Shown: positions 53,100 to 64,000 of the stretch, piece after piece | Layout of the letters: each line of letters begins with the position of its first letter | Position numbering within the stretch: position 1 is the first letter of the stretch | From: Stylophora pistillata | Lineage: Eukaryota | NCBI RefSeq assembly: GCF_002571385.2 | Contig: NW_019217797.1 | Location: 923,856 to 987,855, forward strand | Direction of reading: 5' to 3' | Length of the DNA stretch: 64,000 bases | Position numbers and translations under genes: made by a program | Notes under the pieces: model-generated | What the model was told of the DNA's origin: nothing | Databases searched by the model: none | The model's input: only the letters and a program-made list of their open reading frames with translations

Positions 53100-53788
53100 G
53101 GGCTTTTGACCTTGCCTCCCCAAAAACTAAGGATGATCTTCTCAGGACTTCAGTTCTAGATGAAGGTGACAGCCTCTGGTCTGTTGGTCCTGTTCCAGAT
53201 TGGAACAAGGCAAATCCTGGAGAACTTTTCTTTGACCAAGTAGCTGAACTTGAGAAGCTCATTCCAGGGGAGAGAAGCAAGGGACACTGTTTGGAGGAGT
53301 CTTGGATGGCAAATGTGGAATTTCTCAAGAGTGAAGAGATCATCAACAACTGGGCTGGTCCAGAAGAAAAACTTGATGGAATCAACCAAGCTGATAACAT
53401 ATGTGCTGGAGCTCAGAATGTTGGCTTGGATATTTGTGGAGGAAGGAAGGTGGGAAGTATAGATTTCATTATGATTGAGCAACAAACACAAGAACATGGG
53501 CTGAATGGGGAGGCAACAGAAGCAGCACTGTTTGATGTTACTCAAGATTCTCCTTCATCAGTTGGAAGTTCTTGCAGTGATGAAGTTTCAGACAAGAGAC
53601 TAAGGAACAACAAGGCTTCCAGAAAGTTTCGTCGTGCAAGAAAGGAAAGAAATCATTCGTTGTTTGCAAGAGCATCAAAGTTGGAGCAGGAAAACCAGGC
53701 CCTGAAGCTTCAAGTTAATCAGATGCTTCAGGAAGTAATTTCTTTGAGGTCCATGTTCTCAAATAATACTTTTCCTGGTCAAGTTTGA
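53100..53788 (+). CDS. bZIP transcription factor (C/EBP/PAR-like basic region), exon 2
   Basis: DKRLRNNKASRKFRRARKERNHSLFARASKLEQENQALKLQVNQMLQEVISL. The frame is open from the acceptor at 53100; the first in-frame ATG is at 53306. Confidence 0.85.
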
Positions 53789-55012
53789 CTTTTTTCAATT
53801 AAGATTTCATTTCGTAATTTTTTTTTTATGAATGCTAACAATTGTGTGGTAAAGGTTTCTTAGGTAATCACTTACTTTATAGTAGTCTTGGTTAATTACT
53901 GTTCCAAGAAACTTATATTTCAAGTATGTTATGACCACAAGTGTTCAATTGAAAGAGTGATCCTGACTTTATAGATTGTTTGTTTGATTACTTTTAATGT
54001 CATTGGTACTGTTAAAATCTAAAGCAGTGTAATTTTCTGATGTTGGGTTAAAATACATATATCCTCTTTAGAACTCACAGACTATTCTAAAGTATATTCT
54101 CTTTTAGATAGTTTTTTTTTCTTTTGTAAGAGTTAGTGTGTTGCATGTATGCTGTTATTGTGCAATGCAAATGTAGTTTCCATGATCATTTCATCTGTAC
54201 GCATAATTTTAAAGGAGTCAAAGGACTGTTTCTTATTTACAAGTATAAATTTGGTGTTCCAATGACTATATGATGTAATGTAGACATAAATATTGTTATT
54301 TAAGTGATAGAATTTGTTCACTATTAAAATTTTTATTCATGTCGTTAAAGGTGCATACCATATTTTGTTTGGCCATCTGATTTCTTCAGACTGAGCTAGT
54401 CCATATTTGACAAATCAAAGCCCTGAGTCCAAAGAAATGTAATTTTAAGTGGCCGGGTAAGAACAAATTGGACAGTCAGTGGATTTCAACTTGGCCTTTC
54501 CTTTTTTGCTCTCTCTTTTGCTCTCTCTTTTGCTCTTACTTGTCAGTCATTTTGAAACTCCACTCTTGTTCCCACCAACTTTCTTCAGGGTTTCTCAAGT
54601 GGCTTTAAAATAGTGACACATTTTAAGAAAGTTGTTGGTGGACAGACTTGTGTTACCACTGCTCCAATGTAATCCTAATAATATTTTGTGCTACAGTGTA
54701 AAGTAAATTGAACTTTGGACCAAGGATAAAGAACCTAGTGAACAAGGTGATAACATCATCGCGTGTCGAACAGTTCCTCTCAACGTGATCATCTGGATTT
54801 GCGAAAGCCTAGGAACGAGGCAACACCGTCACGCAACCTCAATGGTGACAGAGTTAAATTCGCTTTTCCCTCTCGGTGACTGATCGTGGTCCCAACTGTG
54901 CACAGTGGAATGCTTCCCACGAGGACCGGACGGCTTTTTTTACCGACCATCCAACTTATTCTCAAATCGTCCTTGGATCGGCGTATTTTGCCGCGGTTTG
55001 CAGCGATACAAT

Positions 55013-58000
55013 ATGGCGGACACTTACCGGAGACTTCATGGTCAAACTCCTGCACTGTAAGCTCTACCTGTACATGTAGGATTGATGTTAGCGAACGTTG
55101 GACTGATTTTCCTCACTCAAGCAATTCAAAAAAATTTGTAGTTTCTGTTTTTTTTTTCCTTCGGCGTGAGCCCCTCGCATGGCGATTTTCCCAGCCGTGT
55201 TTATTTGGTTCAAATGACGAAAATATACCGGCAAGCTTTATGATGATCATGACGCACTTTCGTCGCAAAGAGGTGAAACTGGCAAAGCGAATGGAAATAT
55301 GGATAAAGGTGCTTTCATCACAGTGTATTTGTGCACCAGCTTATTTAGTTGTAAAAGCTACTTCTACAACTCGCTGATAGGCATAATGCAGTTATAATAT
55401 ATGCCAGTTTAGCAGCTGCAACTGTAGCAGTCTTCCTTACAGATGTGGCCATAAGCTGGCGTTTGCCCACAGACTTCAGGCTGAGTCCCTTTTAAATCCT
55501 AGCCTCCTTTGTTAAGGAAACGAGGTTTCCTTCTGATTTCAATTTCAGATTCGTTTGCTATGTACCACTGATGTCTTAAGGCAGAAGGATTTAAAACATT
55601 TCAAAGAAGGAACCCAGAAAAAAGACAACTTACATGATGATCATACAAAGGGCAACGAGATCTACAGAATGCCACATCCTATTTGGTAGGTTTATATTGT
55701 GAAAATAATGTGGAATAATTTGGACAACAATTAGAGCCGAAGAGATATTTTAGTTACATGTTCATTTGTTCAAAGACGCTTTTTAATTTACGATTTTTTA
55801 TAATTTAATTGCTATGTTAATTAGTCTAATTTTGTAAAGCGCTACGGAGAACTAGTCGAGCTTAGCGCTATATAAATGATTTATTATTATTATTATTATT
55901 ATTATTTTTAATTGTCCTTATTTTAGTACAGAACCTAACCTAACCTAATTAACAAAAACTTGACAAACTATACCAGAACTTGGCTAAGAGGAGGGGCACT
56001 TGTTGGAATTAAGGAGGGCACTTGATTGAGGGGGGCCCCTCTTAAGTTAGCCCAGTTATAGGATATAAATTTAGAAAATAGGTAACGTGCACAAAGGAAC
56101 TCTGGAAACATAAGGAGATAGAAATAACTCTAAGTGACATAACAGGAGAGGGACTATTTTACCATGTGTCTCATTCTCCTATAGTTTAAGCTTAAACTAA
56201 AGTGGCAACAGAAACAAGTTTTACAATTCCTTGATAATATTTTGTACAAGGTCAGAGGAAGAAGTTAATACTGTAGAGATTACTCATCAAGAGGCAAAGA
56301 CAAAAGTTGACAAGGTATTCTTAAATATGGTAATCAAAACATGTTAACTTTAAATCAAACATCTTTTTGTTACAATCATTACAGTTTTCCTGATTATTTT
56401 ACATCTTCAGAACCATTGTCAATGCAAGGGTTGGCATGCTGGATGCCAAATTTAAACATTCTTCACGAGAGTTTTGTATTATCACATTTTGAATACTGCA
56501 ACTCTTTACTTATGGGTATAGGTAAAACACTTAACAAGAAACTGGAAGATGCGAACTATTATGGTCTACGAACTATAACAAATGTGTGAAAAGTACTGAT
56601 TATGAATCAATCCTTCAATCAATCAATCAATCAATTTATTTAATGTGGTCAGAATGCTAAGCTAAATGCTAGTTTACAGGTAAGCCAAGAAATAAAAAGA
56701 GAAAAGGAAATTATAAAGCCTTGTGAAGGTATATAAATTTAAATAGATTGAGATTAAGAACTAGATAATATTAAAATATTAAAATTTAAATAAATTGAGA
56801 TTAAGAACTAGCTAATATTAAAATATAAGAATTTAACAATGTAGTCGCCAAGTTGAATATATAAAATGTAATCATTAAAAGAGGAAATATGATTAAGGAT
56901 AGATCCTCACCGTGCTAGAGTCCCGCGAGATCTAATGTTTTTAAGTAATTTTTAAAAGTAGTAAATGTTTGTATCTTTCGAGACTCGTCCGGTAAAGCGT
57001 TCCATAGTTTCGATGCAGCATATCTCCATGATCTTAACCCAAAAGTTGTTGATTTTACTTTTGGGAGGTCTAGTATTGTGGTGCCCCTAAGGTTATAAGT
57101 GGAGCACCTAACTGTTATAAGATCACGTAAGCTTTTTGGTCCTGCATCGCTGGTTAATATCTTAAAGACAGTGGACAATATTTTTGCTAATCGCTGTTCA
57201 CGAAGACTTTAGAGACCGATACGCTTACAAAGTTCCTCATAAGGCGAGGACTTATCTCTAAAAACAAAATGGAGCACACATTTGTTCACCAACTCTAACT
57301 TGTCAACTGACTTCTTATTACAGAAGTGCCACGTTTCGGAGCAGTAATTAAAGTGTGGTAAAATGAAGGCTTTGTAAAGATCGCTTTTAGTCTCAAAAGA
57401 CAACATTTTCTGCATCTTTTTTAACACAGCCACCTGTTGACTGACTTTTCTACATATTTTAGTAATGTGCTTTTCAAAATTTAATTTTCTAAATTAAAAT
57501 CCGTAGGATGGTAAACATGAATACATTAGAACATAGACGTATTGAACAATCTTTGATAGTATTTTTTAAATGTTTCAGGGAGAATGGTCCAGACTATATA
57601 GCCGATTTATTTAAACCCCGAGTTACACCATGTAATCTTAGAAGTAGTGGTTTAAACATCGTACAAACTTCATATAATAGCAGATTCCTTCATGGCTCAT
57701 ATGCGTATATGATCTCACGTATTTGGAATCAGTTACCATCTGCTGCCAAAAAATGCATCTAATGCATCATCCTTCCGGAGACTTTTAACTAAGTTAAATT
57801 TTATTGGCTGTCAATGCAGTGGTTGCCCTTAATTCGTTTTTTTTTTTTTTTAAGATATACATTATTTCTAATTTAATTGGTGCTATTACAATTTTAGCTT
57901 TCTTTTATATTGTCAAACACTTTTATCATGAGCCTCTGGCTCGGGGGATCGGGAGACCACACTGTGTATTTTTTGACATTAAATAAATGATCTTATCTTA

Positions 58001-61000
58001 TCTGCTGAGTTTTCGTCATTGCATTGAGATTGTTATCAGACTGAAGAATTGTCAGTGGAAAAACTTGACAAAAAAAATAATGGATAACGAATGGACTGAC
58101 ACCTCATTTAGGAAGGAGTTAAAATGGTCATCTAGATTAAGCAACTGTGTGGCCCAGTACGGACAGTTTTTATCCATTCATATATTTATAAATCTATCAA
58201 TTTTATTAATTGTAGGCTGAGAAAGGAAGGTCACAAAGAACCTCAGCTGATCTCAGTACACAAAAACCTTATTTATTTAGGTTTTATTTTCTGTTGTTAC
58301 ATTTTAGCTTGCCTATTACTGTGTGCAGTTCTTGAGGGTATCATTTGATATTGTTTCTTTGTATAAAGTTGGAAAGATGACAGAGAACAAGTGGTTAAAG
58401 TAAGTTAATATTTTGATAGTCTTTTAGTTCATGACTACCTGTTGTTCACATGAATGGATTCTGGGAAATAATTAAACAAGGGAAATGAAATATAATTACA
58501 TTTGTACAAAGATCAATGTTTGTTGGGGAACTTATTAAGTCTTTACCAGTAAGAGGTTTATCACTAAAATATATCAACAGTCAACCATAAAGGCTCGATA
58601 TTAGAGTGATGGTCGAGCAATATTCAACTGATTGTGGTCTAATACCTTGTTCCTAGCCTCCTTCAGTTATGTAATGAATTATTACATTACAAATTGAAAA
58701 ATTTGAAAAATGTCCTTTTAAAATGTCATGCTAAAAGTGCTCTTTGTTCAAAATGGAAGCAAGGCTCTCTTTGCTAGAATGTACCTTCTCATGTTTTCAC
58801 AAAAACAATTTGAATAGTGTTGTATTTTGTAATTCCCAACAGTCGTATCATCATGTTGGAGACAGTAGCCGGGGTGCCTGGAATGATTGCAGCGATGGCT
58901 CGTCATTTTGACTCACTGAGGAAACTTACCAGGGATCATGGATGGATTCATACATTGTTAGGTATTGGCTAATTTATTTTTCTACAAAAGTTAAACAAAT
59001 GAAAATGAATGCAATGTCAATTTTCGTTTTTCATCAGAGGAAGCAGAGAATGAGAGAATGCATTTAATGACAGCATTGGAACTAAAACAACCAGGGGCTT
59101 TATTCCGGGGCATTATATTGCTTGCACAAGGTGAGCATTTATGTGGTAAAAATCACATTACTCCATAAATTATATGGTAGAAAAAATTAGTTCATGTGTG
59201 AGTAAGTGGGTTGAATGACCAATTTACTTTGCTAATGTGATTAAGCATGGACTTAGAATACATAGAAATTTCCTGCAAAGCTAATTTTCCTGATTTTTTC
59301 TTTTTTGTGGACAATTTATAGGTGTCTTTGTCAATTGCTTCTTTCTGGCATATATTTTAAGCCCCAGGTTTTGTCACAGATTTGTGGGATATTTAGAAGA
59401 GGAGGCAGTCAAGACTTACACCTACTGTTTAAAGGTAATTTCAAATTTCACCAACTTAAAAACCTTTCAGCATTGTTTTGTTTACTTACTAAGTCACAAT
59501 TCCTTGTAAGATTTCAGGATCTTTTCTTTAAAATTAATGCACACTGTGAACATTGTTGAAATATCTTTTACTGTATTTTTGTGTGTATTCTCTAGTTCAA
59601 GGGGCTAATGGTTTGACTATATCACTTTTTTAGTGAGATTTTCCATGATGCAACGTCTTATTTTTCCTTTGCTTTCGAGATTTTAAAAAAAAGTTAGAAA
59701 GGTTTTATTAGGTAGCATGTTCCTAGACCCATCATGGAAGCTTCAGAATTGTCTGTTGTCTCATAGAAAATATGGTAATTGCAGAAGCTCTTTAAGAGAC
59801 ACGTCCTTCATACTTCCTGGAGTTTCTCTGTTATTTGTATTTGTAAGATTATATGCTGTGGCAACTGAGGATAAGCCTGGATAGAATCCTTGTTGTAATA
59901 GAGCAAGTTACTCATGGGCAGTAATTTAAGGTTTCTCACTCAAAACACAGAATTGAAAAATATACACTTCACTCATTTAATTTAGTAAGACTGTTCAAAT
60001 TACAATAGTTTTGTCAAATATGATGCTGTTAAAAGCAACTGGCTGCAAGGTGACTAAATCGGAAAAAAAAAGGTGCAAAAGCAACGCAAAGATCAAGTTT
60101 CTAATCTTCATGTTTAACTGGCTGATAAAATATGTTTTCCGAAAGTAAAAGGAAAATTAAAAAAACTGCAACTAGATAAAATCTAAGCCGTCAGGGCTTC
60201 ATCAGTGTTGCTTGGTCTACTTTAGAAGTGCCAGGCCTCAGGCAGAGCTAACGGTCATCAAGAACACACTGAAGGAAACTGATGAACCAGCGTTGCTGCA
60301 GTCGCTGTCACAGCAACCCACTGCGCATTCTCCGTCTCTGTTGTTGTCTCATTCTTTTTTGGCAGTTTCACAGCCGGCCTCATTCCCACATGGCTCGGCC
60401 ACTAAGGTTTTGTCATCATTTTTGCCCCAGACTCTGATACATTTACCAGTTAGACAGCTGGCCGAGTATTTGGTCTTGTCAGCTTCCAGTTTATCCTTCT
60501 TACAGTCTTCTTCTGTTCCTAAGTACTAATAGCACTTGATAGTACTTAATAGCACTATGAACTGTAGTGGAATAAATCATACATGCAATGTGTGTAAGTT
60601 CCCTCGAAATAAAGAGGCACCGTTTGATGCGCTAAAAAGTCGGGAATAAAAAGACAACTGCAGCTTCGTTGATTATGTGGTAAACCGATTATGTGATCAA
60701 CTCCCGCTCTCCCATTTTACAAACAATATCCTTTGATTATTTTTTTGATATAAAAAAAATAAACACAGTCCACATCACGAAACGTTACTTTGGGTGCAAA
60801 TTTCTTCTGAATTTTATCTGTCAGGAGACATCTGCGTCAAAAACGATTCGAGAAAGTCAAAAATTGCCAGCTGGATCATAGTTAGTAGAGGGGGGACTCT
60901 ACTAACTATGACTGGATAGATCATGGCGTGCCGGTCCTTCCAACACCTTTTATTTACACAATCAACCGAACCAACTACAGTACAGCTTGTCGTACGAAAC

Positions 61001-62596
61001 TCGTTATCGCACACAAGAAAATCAAAACATCAAAAAGCCCACTGCAGATTCACAACTAAGAAAACAAAACACTACCTTACTAAAATGATTTTAAGCCAAC
61101 AATTTGCGTAATTGAAACGCGTATGATTGACAATTACCCGTTCACTTCACAGTTGTTGAAAGTTTCTCCGAATGACTGCAGTTTCCCAGTAAAAAGGGGG
61201 TGGAACTCCACCAATAAAACTGTGACAAGACACAGACGATAAGGTTGACCATAGGATACAAGGTGCAGGAAAATAAAGCAAATGAAGGAGTCTTCTTCGG
61301 AATCTTAGTTTTTAAGTGTTTCGAAAGAAGTGATATTCAAATCATACTTGTAACGACCTTCCCGTCTAAGAGTAGCCATGTACAGAACAAACTCATACCT
61401 ACCGACCGATCGACCTTACGCTTTGTGTCCTGACTTTTCTGAACCTTATTTGGAAGGATGAGTGCTTCTATTATGGTTTACATTTCTTGAATAACAATCG
61501 AACATTATTTCCGCATTATTTACCAAGAGACAAAGAAAAGAATGAAAGGCAAATAACGACGGTTAGAATGTGCATGTCCACAAAAGCTGAGTGTCTGAGG
61601 TTTTCTCCAAATTCCAGCGGAAACTTAGTAAATCTCATTATTTCAGCGTTTTGAACTGATACGAACTTCGTGCTCACTTTTCTCTGCTAATATGGTTTGG
61701 TTATTGACTACGAACACGTTTCCCAGGTACTGAAGCTTCGATGAAATGACCTCAGAGCTTTAAATGTTTTTTAACGGGATATCTAAGCGAGCTATGCTCT
61801 TGACCATTCAACAAGATCGATCCGTGATGCGGACTTGGTTATGTGTAAGATTCACAGAAACAGCTCAAAAGAAACACACCAGTTGCAAGAACTGCGCAAA
61901 AGACGAAAATGCTCAGCAATAGACCCTTCATTCTGTGTTTTCCCTCCACAAGTATTGCAAACTGCTCTGACAGCCAGCGCCCTCGACAAATAAGAATGAC
62001 TGGTGAATAAAACGTCTATAATATGAAGGGAAGTTCAACCAATAAGGTTGCCTGTTTAAAATAGATGGCCAATCAGAACATTCCAACTCACAACCCTCAG
62101 AGTGAATTACAATTATTAACTATGTATCAACTTTCAATGACTGCTCACAAGTAAAATCACAGAGTATTGACATAGATTCTTTCTTAAACAAGAAAAGCTT
62201 TTGTGCGACCTGGGCCTTAGCGCGACCTATCATTCCCATGCTAATCCCTAGATTTCGGCCACTGTGCATGCGCAACGTTAACATATTTACGTATTTTGCG
62301 AGCTGTGGTATTTGAAAAAAAGAGACTGATGTTCTTTTCCTGCATGCTAGCGCATTGGCTTGCAATCGCGAACCACTTTTTTTAAAAGGACAATAAAAAA
62401 ACTGTCAACACGAAACCTTTTTCAGTATGAAAGATTTTATTTAGACAATGAACGGCCGGCCCTCCTTTTGGATGAAGTCTGGTGCGCGAGTCCGCTGGAA
62501 ATCATTCGCAGGCGGTCATGTGCGTCANACCACACCCTGAGCTCGATTCATCTCAATGAAAAGAATCCATTCTCACCGGGTCAAAAGAAGCTTTAA
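55013..62596 (+). CDS. AOX: Alternative oxidase copy B (interrupted by an assembly gap at N62528)
   Basis: Exons 55013-55056 and 55443-55479 (both tentative), 55549-55685 (YRMPHPIW), 56251-56314, 58308-58399, 58843-58961 (LETVAGVPG), 59038-59130 ([10 protein letters not shown]), 59322-59434 (LEEEAV). The C-terminus [21 protein letters not shown] lies at 62531-62596, right after the N. No stops or frameshifts in the visible exons. Confidence 0.88.
55740..55905 (+). mobile_element. L2-type LINE 3' tail
   Basis: gtaaagcgct...agcgctatataaat stem followed by (att)n. Confidence 0.55.
56455..57990 (+). mobile_element. L2-type LINE fragment (host), split by a nested LINE
   Basis: [13 protein letters not shown]...KKLEDANYY...YESIL resumes at ~57505 as [12 protein letters not shown]...RIWNQLP. 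Confidence 0.8.
56616..57496 (-). mobile_element. Nested L2-type LINE fragment
   Basis: [20 protein letters not shown]...YNLRG...KLWNALP on the minus strand with a (ttga)n tail at 56616-56634. Confidence 0.85.
60217..60545 (-). pseudogene. Ly6/uPAR (three-finger)-like GPI-anchored protein pseudogene
   Basis: [15 protein letters not shown]...[10 protein letters not shown]...[56 protein letters not shown]. Cys spacing, a CCxxDxxN-like motif and a hydrophobic tail, with three in-frame stops. Confidence 0.65.
62528..62528. other. Single N: assembly gap or join
   Basis: Sequence switches from non-coding to mid-exon AOX sequence at the N. Confidence 0.8.
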
Positions 62597-63539
62597 CTAA
62601 ACAAGCTATACATCACAAGAATGGATCCGAACTGTTCATTACAAACACAGTAGGACAACCTTCAAAAACTAACCTCAGTTATTTAATCATCTCGTAGCTA
62701 GTCAGTAAAAACTGAGGAAGAACCATCCTCGAAGGATCATCAGTATCTTTAGGGTTATTAGAAAGGGGTACGTGAACATTTCCCAAATAAACAAAAGTGA
62801 AGGGTACTTGGCTGTTTAACCTTGCCGCCTCGGTTTCTTTCTCGTTGCCAGTCTTCGCATGTAACGATGAGTGATAACGAGTGGTTCTGGAAACGAGAAT
62901 GCCCCCTTTGGTGTTTCACTCTACTGCCACTTAAAGATTACATATCCATAATTTTTTGGGCTCCCTTCACTTCCTCAGGCACGCACATTTCATTCGTTTC
63001 TAACGACGCTCCCTTCCATTGACCTTAGTTTTGACTTTGCCATGAACACAAATATTTGCATCCCTTATTCTTTATCTATTGAATTAAGTATTAAGTTTTA
63101 ACATCAGCTTACAACGCAAACCTAATCGAGTAATTCAAGTTATGCATCATAAGCTAGCAGCCATTTTAAACGCACAGCCTGAATTTTTGCCAATCAGAAA
63201 TTCGACAAAGAAAATCAAAGAGAGGGCCGAAAGTACTTACTGGGGCTTCCGTAGGAAAGTCCGGGTCTTAAAATGCAAGCCGTTCTTGGTCGCCGAAATG
63301 GGGGTCATGTTCTCAGCCGTTCCTTAACGTAAACCGTGGAAACTGGGGATGAGTGCGCGACAACTTGTGTTATCATGTACACGCTCTTCATAAACAACAT
63401 AATTTACAGAATGCTGTGTTTGTGGAGACCGCACGGCAAAGATTCCTGTCTTATATGCTCTTCTCACATACAAACGCACAGGCCGTTCCTGGTAGGCCCA
63501 CACTTAACGATGTCGAGCGTTTTCGCTAATGTACTTATT

Positions 63540-63890
63540 ATTACTTCTATTTTTCCTAATGTACTTAAAGTCTCAAGAGTAACTCCAATATTCAAATCTG
63601 GGAATGCAACAGATCCTGCAAATTATAGACCCATAGCAGTCTTAGCACTATTTAGTAAAATCCTAGAAAAAATTGTTAATGATGAACTCATCCTATTTCT
63701 AGACAAATACAATATCTTGTTCAAATACCAGTTTGGGTTTAGAAAAGACTATTCCACTGAGCTTGCTATTTTAGAAATAACTTACACTCTTAAAACCTCA
63801 ATTGATAACAATCTCTTAACATGCGGGGTCTTTCTAGATTTCTCCAAACCCTTTGATACTGTCAACCATGAGATCATTGCTGCCAAGGAA
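63540..63890 (+). mobile_element. L2/CR1 LINE reverse transcriptase fragment
   Basis: FPNVLKVSRVTPIFKSG...NYRPIAVL...QFGFRK...GVFLDFSKPFDTVNHEI. Confidence 0.9.
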
Positions 63891-63926
63891 ATTACATAAT
63901 ATTGTAAGAAATAGACAACGTTTTTA

Positions 63927-63964
63927 AGAGACATGTTTCGGCATGCTTATGCCATCTTCAATCA
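63927..63964 (-). ncRNA. Degenerate minimal hammerhead ribozyme
   Basis: Minus strand TTGAAGA-t-GGCAT aagc ATGCC-GAAA-CATG-TC-tct. C3 is changed to U; palindromic CATG stem III. Confidence 0.55.
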
Positions 63965-64000
63965 ATGAGTAACTGAACGTGGGTAATTATATAACAGATA

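Noticed and set aside
53086-53545. Antisense ORFs over the bZIP exon
   Set aside because: Shadow frames of the coding strand with no independent evidence.
54886-55377. 163-aa ORF
   Set aside because: Starts at GTG, has no recognisable domain, and overlaps the CpG-rich promoter and exon 1 of AOX-B.
60185-60205. Hammerhead (CTGATGAAGCCC on the minus strand)
   Set aside because: No GAAA or stem III follows.
60217-60545. Selenoprotein (TGA at a Cys-like position)
   Set aside because: An additional TAG and a TGA in the hydrophobic tail indicate decay, and I saw no SECIS.

Overview
AT-rich, intron-rich animal genomic DNA. The repeat families and gene content suggest a stony coral or other anthozoan (inference). 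I assembled the gene models by hand from splice sites and exon phases. In order: a 21-exon putative ciliary gene with seven CSPP1-like 'PWGRxGxGAP' motifs (-); two tandem SNX10/11-like PX-domain genes (-); a compact shugoshin (+); alternative oxidase AOX copy A (-), head-to-head with mitochondrial METAP1D (+); a two-exon bZIP gene (+); and AOX copy B (+), whose last exons are broken at an assembly N. Introns and spacers hold MITEs, L2/CR1 fragments, a Penelope fragment, several minimal hammerhead ribozymes, tRNA-derived repeats and a Ly6/uPAR-like pseudogene. The most striking observation is in the bZIP gene. Its strong-context AUG opens a short ORF ending in CUU-UGA-C, the prfB-type +1 shift sequence. 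The bZIP ORF lies in the +1 frame, open across the splice junction with no upstream AUG of its own. This is a candidate programmed +1 ribosomal frameshift in a transcription factor inside a mitochondrial AOX/METAP1D cluster.
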